From assembly GCA_015068425.1 (NCBI GenBank), contig SVKK01000007.1, positions 2,131 to 66,130 of the forward strand: DNA of 64,000 nt. The letters run 5' to 3'. Both the position numbers and the translations under genes were made by a program. A model generated the notes under the pieces. The model saw only the letters and a program-made list of their open reading frames with translations. It had not been told where the DNA came from and searched no databases. Every line of letters starts with the position of its first letter. The first letter of the stretch is position 1. Positions 60,486-64,000 of the stretch are shown here, piece by piece. This stretch comes from Oscillospiraceae bacterium (GTDB lineage: Bacteria > Bacillota > Clostridia > Oscillospirales > Oscillospiraceae).

Positions 60486-61553
60486 TTATTTAACGGGATA
60501 TACCCAGCCGAAGGGATCGGCCTTTTTGCCCCACTGGAGGCCGGTGAGCTCTTCATAGAGCTTCATGGTGGTTTCACCAATTTCATTGTTGTTGATGGTA
60601 TATTCCTTACCTGCGTAGGCCAGAGTGCCGACGGGAGAAACAACGGCGGCGGTGCCGCAGCCCCAGGCTTCCTCCAGAGTGCCCTTTTCCATAGCTTCAA
60701 CCAGCTCGTCTACGCTGATGCGGCGCTCCTCCGCGTCAAGACCCAGATGTGCGCACATCTCAAGGATGCTCTTGCGGGTGATGCCGGGGAGAATGGAGCC
60801 ATTGAGAGCGGGAGTTACGATTTTGCCGCCGATCTTGAACATAATGTTCATAGCGCCGACCTCTTCGATGTACTTGCGCTCAACGCCGTCCAACCAAAGA
60901 ACCTGAGTGTAGCCCTTTTCCTCGGCTCTGTCTCCTGCGCGGACGGAAGCTGCGTAGTTGCCGCCGCACTTGGCTTCGCCGGTGCCTCCGCGGACAGCGC
61001 GGACATCCTCATCCTCGATCATAATCTTGACGGGAGCCATGCCGCCGGCATAGTAGCTGCCGGAGGGAGAGAGGATGATGATAAAGTGGGCGCGGCCGAT
61101 GCCGTGAACACCCAGATGCTCGTCATCGCCTATCATAAAGGGGCGGATATACATGCTGGTGCCTTCGCCGTGGGGAACCCAGTCGGCTTCCAGCTTAATG
61201 AGAGCGTGGAGAGCCTGAAGAGTGTCCTCCTCGGGGAGTGCGGGCAGACCCATACGCTCCGCGGAGCGGTTCATACGGCGTATATTTTCCATAGGACGGA
61301 ACATCTGCACGCCGCCCTCAGCATTGCGGTAAGCCTTGAGACCTTCAAAGATCTCGCTGCCGTAGTGGAGAACGGTGGAGGCGGGATGGATGGAGAGCTT
61401 GCCAAAGGGCACAATGCGTGCGTCGTGCCAGCCCTTGGTCTTGTCCCAGTCCATAATGAACATATGGTCGGTGAACACCTTGCCGAAGCCCAGTTTGCTT
61501 TCGTCCGCGGGCTTGGGATTGGGGTTGGGGTTGAGGGTTATCTTGATATCCAT
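60486..61553 (-). CDS. ilvE: Branched-chain amino acid aminotransferase
   Basis: FGKVFTDHMF...HPASTVLHYGSEIFEGLKAY...GTGEAKCGGNYAAS... is a class IV aminotransferase. ATG 61553 follows GGAGG. Confidence 0.92.
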   Translation of the reverse strand: MDIKITLNPNPNPKPADESKLGFGKVFTDHMFIMDWDKTKGWHDARIVPFGKLSIHPASTVLHYGSEIFEGLKAYRNAEGGVQMFRPMENIRRMNRSAERMGLPALPEEDTLQALHALIKLEADWVPHGEGTSMYIRPFMIGDDEHLGVHGIGRAHFIIILSPSGSYYAGGMAPVKIMIEDEDVRAVRGGTGEAKCGGNYAASVRAGDRAEEKGYTQVLWLDGVERKYIEEVGAMNIMFKIGGKIVTPALNGSILPGITRKSILEMCAHLGLDAEERRISVDELVEAMEKGTLEEAWGCGTAAVVSPVGTLAYAGKEYTINNNEIGETTMKLYEELTGLQWGKKADPFGWVYPVK

Positions 61554-61624
61554 AGTTATTTCCTCCTGAGAATAGCTTTTCGCCATTATATACCTTTATT
61601 TTGCAAAGTGCAAATTATCGTTGC

Positions 61625-64000
61625 TTATTTTTTGAGTCCCAGTTTTTCAGCTGCGGCCTCGCGCATTTTATATTTGAGGATTTTGCCTGCGGCGTTCATG
61701 GGGAAGGAGTCCATAAAGTCGATGTACCTGGGCACCTTGTGGCGGGCCATACTGGCCATACAGTAGCGGCGCAGTTCATCGGCGCTGAGGCTTTCGCCCT
61801 CCTTGAGGATAACGCAGGCCATGGCCTCTTCGCCGTACTGCTCATCGGGAACGGCGATTACCTGAACATCCTGCACAGCGGGATGGGTATAGATAAACTC
61901 CTCTATCTCCTTGGGATAGATGTTCTCGCCGCCGCGGATTATCATATCCTTCAGTCGTCCCGTGATGCGGTAGTTGCCGGTGGCGTCCTTGCAGGCAAGG
62001 TCGCCGCTGTGGAGCCAGCCTTCCTCATCAATGGTGTCCCGGGTGGCATCGGGCATTTTGTAATAGCCCTTCATAGTGTTGTAGCCTCGGGCGCAAAACT
62101 CGCCGTTTACGCCAACGGGGCATTCCTCGCCGGTTTCCGGGTCGATAATCTTGCATTCCACATGGGGGAAGTCGTAGCCCACGGTTTCTGTGCGGACATC
62201 AAGAGGATCCGTCCAGGAGCTCATGGTGTTGCCGGGGGCGCATTCGGTCTGACCGTAAACGCTGACAATACCCCGCATGTTCATCTCGTCGGGCTGGGCG
62301 GCGCGGCGCATCAGCTCGGGAGGGCAGCCGGAGCCTGCCATAATGCCGGTGCGCATATAGCTGAAGTCCGTTTTGCGGTAGTCCGGGTGGTTGAACATGG
62401 CTATAAACATTGTGGGAACGCCGTTGAAGCAGGTTATGCGCTCCTGATTGATGCAGGCCAGAGAGTTTTTGGCGGAGAAATAGGGCATGGGACACATGGT
62501 AGTTCCGTGGGTCATACTGGCGGTCATGGAAAGAGTCATGCCGAAGCAGTGGAACATAGGCACCTGAATCATCATTCGGTCGGCGGTGGAAAGACCCATT
62601 CTGTCGCCAATGCACTTGCCGTTATTCACAACATTGTAGTGGGTGAGCATAACGCCCTTGGGGAAGCCGGTAGTGCCGGAGGTATACTGCATATTGCAGA
62701 CATCGCCGGGGCGCACAGCGGCAGCCATGCGCTTTATCTCCTCATAAGGCACCATGCTTGCTCTCTCCATAGCCTCATCAAAGGTGAGGCAGCCGCTCTG
62801 GCGGAAGCCAACGGTGATGACGTTGCGGAGGAAGGGCAGACGGCGGCAGTGGAGGCTCTCTCCGGGCTTTGCGGAGGCGATCTCGGGGCAAAGCTCGTTT
62901 ATAATCTTTGCGTAGTTGGAGTCCAGTGCGGACTCGATCATAACAAGAGTGTGGGTGTCGCTCTGGCGGAGGAGATACTCAAGCTCGTGGATTTTATAGG
63001 CGGTGTTGACGGTGACAAGGACTGCGCCCAGCTTGGTGGTTGCCCAGAAGCTTATATACCAGGCGGGAACATTGGTGCACCATACGGCAACCTTGCTGCC
63101 TGCCTTAACGCCAAGGCTCACCAGCGCCCGGGCAAAGGTGTCAACATCGTCACGGAACTGCTCGTAGGTACGGGTGTAGTCCAAAGTGGTGTACTTAAAG
63201 GCGTATTGGTCGGGGAATTCTTCAACTATTCTGTCCAGAACCTGAGGGAAGGTGAGGTTGATAAGCTCGTCCTTCTGCCAAACATATTCGCCTGTGCCGT
63301 CGTGGTTGGGATAAAGCTTGCGGCGCTTGCTGCTGGAGCGGTCATAGCGGGTCATATAGTTGACGAAATGGGGGAAGATGACCTCCCGCTCGGGGAGATC
63401 CTCCATCCATTCGGTTTTCCACATAAGGGAGATATAGCCGTCATAGTCCACGCTTTGGAGAGCACGCATCAGCTCGGCAACGGGATAAGTGCCTTCGCCG
63501 ATAAGGTTATAGGTCTCTGCATCGTCGCTGTCGCGAAGATGAACGTGCTTCACATAGGCACCAAGATTTGTGATGGTGGCGGAGGGAGTTTCTCCCGCGT
63601 CGCGGTAGGGATGGTGAACATCCCAGAGGGCGGCAAGGCTGTCGCTGGCAAAATGGTTCATCAGGTCGCGAAGCTGGGCGGTGTCGGAATAAATGCCGCG
63701 GGTTTTGATAAGGATGGTAACGCCTTTTTCCTCGGCAAACTCAATAAGCCCCTCCAAAGCGGAGTATATGGCTTCCATATTGGGGCTCTTGCAGTCAGCG
63801 GCAACATATTCAACGTCCATATCGCCGGCGATATCTATGCAGCGGCGCAGCTCATCGGCGCCGTCTGCGGAAAGGTCGCAGTCTGTGTCAAAAACGGGGA
63901 TGGAAAGTCCCTTGTTTTTCAGTTCGCGGGCTGTTGAAATCACATTGTATTTATGAAAGGGACCGCCCTTGCCGATGAGTTCCTTCTGGCGGAGAACATT
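61625..64000 (-). CDS. Partial CDS (5' end off the right edge): xylose-isomerase-like TIM-barrel domain fused to an AMP-binding acyl-CoA synthetase
   Basis: The N-terminal part ...KHVHLRDSDD...GEGTYPVAELMRALQSVDYDGYISLMWKTEW is TIM-barrel sugar-phosphate isomerase/epimerase-like. The C-terminal part has MQYTSGTTGFPKGVMLTH, GYYKMPDAT and GRLKDMIIRGGENIYPKEIE. Own translation shows the frame stays open from 63943 to 64000. Confidence 0.85.
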   Translation of the reverse strand, partial: NVLRQKELIGKGGPFHKYNVISTARELKNKGLSIPVFDTDCDLSADGADELRRCIDIAGDMDVEYVAADCKSPNMEAIYSALEGLIEFAEEKGVTILIKTRGIYSDTAQLRDLMNHFASDSLAALWDVHHPYRDAGETPSATITNLGAYVKHVHLRDSDDAETYNLIGEGTYPVAELMRALQSVDYDGYISLMWKTEWMEDLPEREVIFPHFVNYMTRYDRSSSKRRKLYPNHDGTGEYVWQKDELINLTFPQVLDRIVEEFPDQYAFKYTTLDYTRTYEQFRDDVDTFARALVSLGVKAGSKVAVWCTNVPAWYISFWATTKLGAVLVTVNTAYKIHELEYLLRQSDTHTLVMIESALDSNYAKIINELCPEIASAKPGESLHCRRLPFLRNVITVGFRQSGCLTFDEAMERASMVPYEEIKRMAAAVRPGDVCNMQYTSGTTGFPKGVMLTHYNVVNNGKCIGDRMGLSTADRMMIQVPMFHCFGMTLSMTASMTHGTTMCPMPYFSAKNSLACINQERITCFNGVPTMFIAMFNHPDYRKTDFSYMRTGIMAGSGCPPELMRRAAQPDEMNMRGIVSVYGQTECAPGNTMSSWTDPLDVRTETVGYDFPHVECKIIDPETGEECPVGVNGEFCARGYNTMKGYYKMPDATRDTIDEEGWLHSGDLACKDATGNYRITGRLKDMIIRGGENIYPKEIEEFIYTHPAVQDVQVIAVPDEQYGEEAMACVILKEGESLSADELRRYCMASMARHKVPRYIDFMDSFPMNAAGKILKYKMREAAAEKLGLKK

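Overview
This 64-kb chromosomal window comes from a moderately GC-rich Gram-positive anaerobe of clostridial type. That assignment is an inference from gene content: Hsp33, RicT/YaaT, Jag, single-chain PFOR and a 2-hydroxyacyl-CoA dehydratase. I can support about 52 protein genes, 5 tRNAs (a Val-Phe-Gly-Cys operon and a solo Thr), one TPP riboswitch in front of thiT, and many hairpin terminators and sigma-A-like promoters. I found no rRNA, CRISPR array, transposase, integrase, reverse transcriptase or recognisable defence system, so most of the window is housekeeping. Housekeeping content includes the rpmH-rnpA-yidD-yidC-jag cluster, holB-ricT, mnmG-mnmA, a polA-...-tsaD-radC operon, hslO, NfeD/SPFH and pepF. 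Metabolic content includes a HadA/FldA-type CoA-transferase + activator + 2-hydroxyacyl-CoA dehydratase cluster next to PFOR and a branched-chain aminotransferase. It also includes a GlpA-like/DUF1667 trio and an SDR + CoA-transferase + OFA-transporter cluster. I did not find one clear-cut novel system. The observations most worth a second look are unusual domain fusions: zincin-like + degenerate LMW-phosphatase + RimI, HTH + MnmG, and TIM-barrel + acyl-CoA synthetase. Others are a mosaic family of hairpin-rich intergenic repeats at four loci, a structured insert bracketed by a duplicated tRNA-operon terminator, and paired LRR paralogs flanking a DUF169 gene. All family assignments come from reading the translations by eye; no searches were run.
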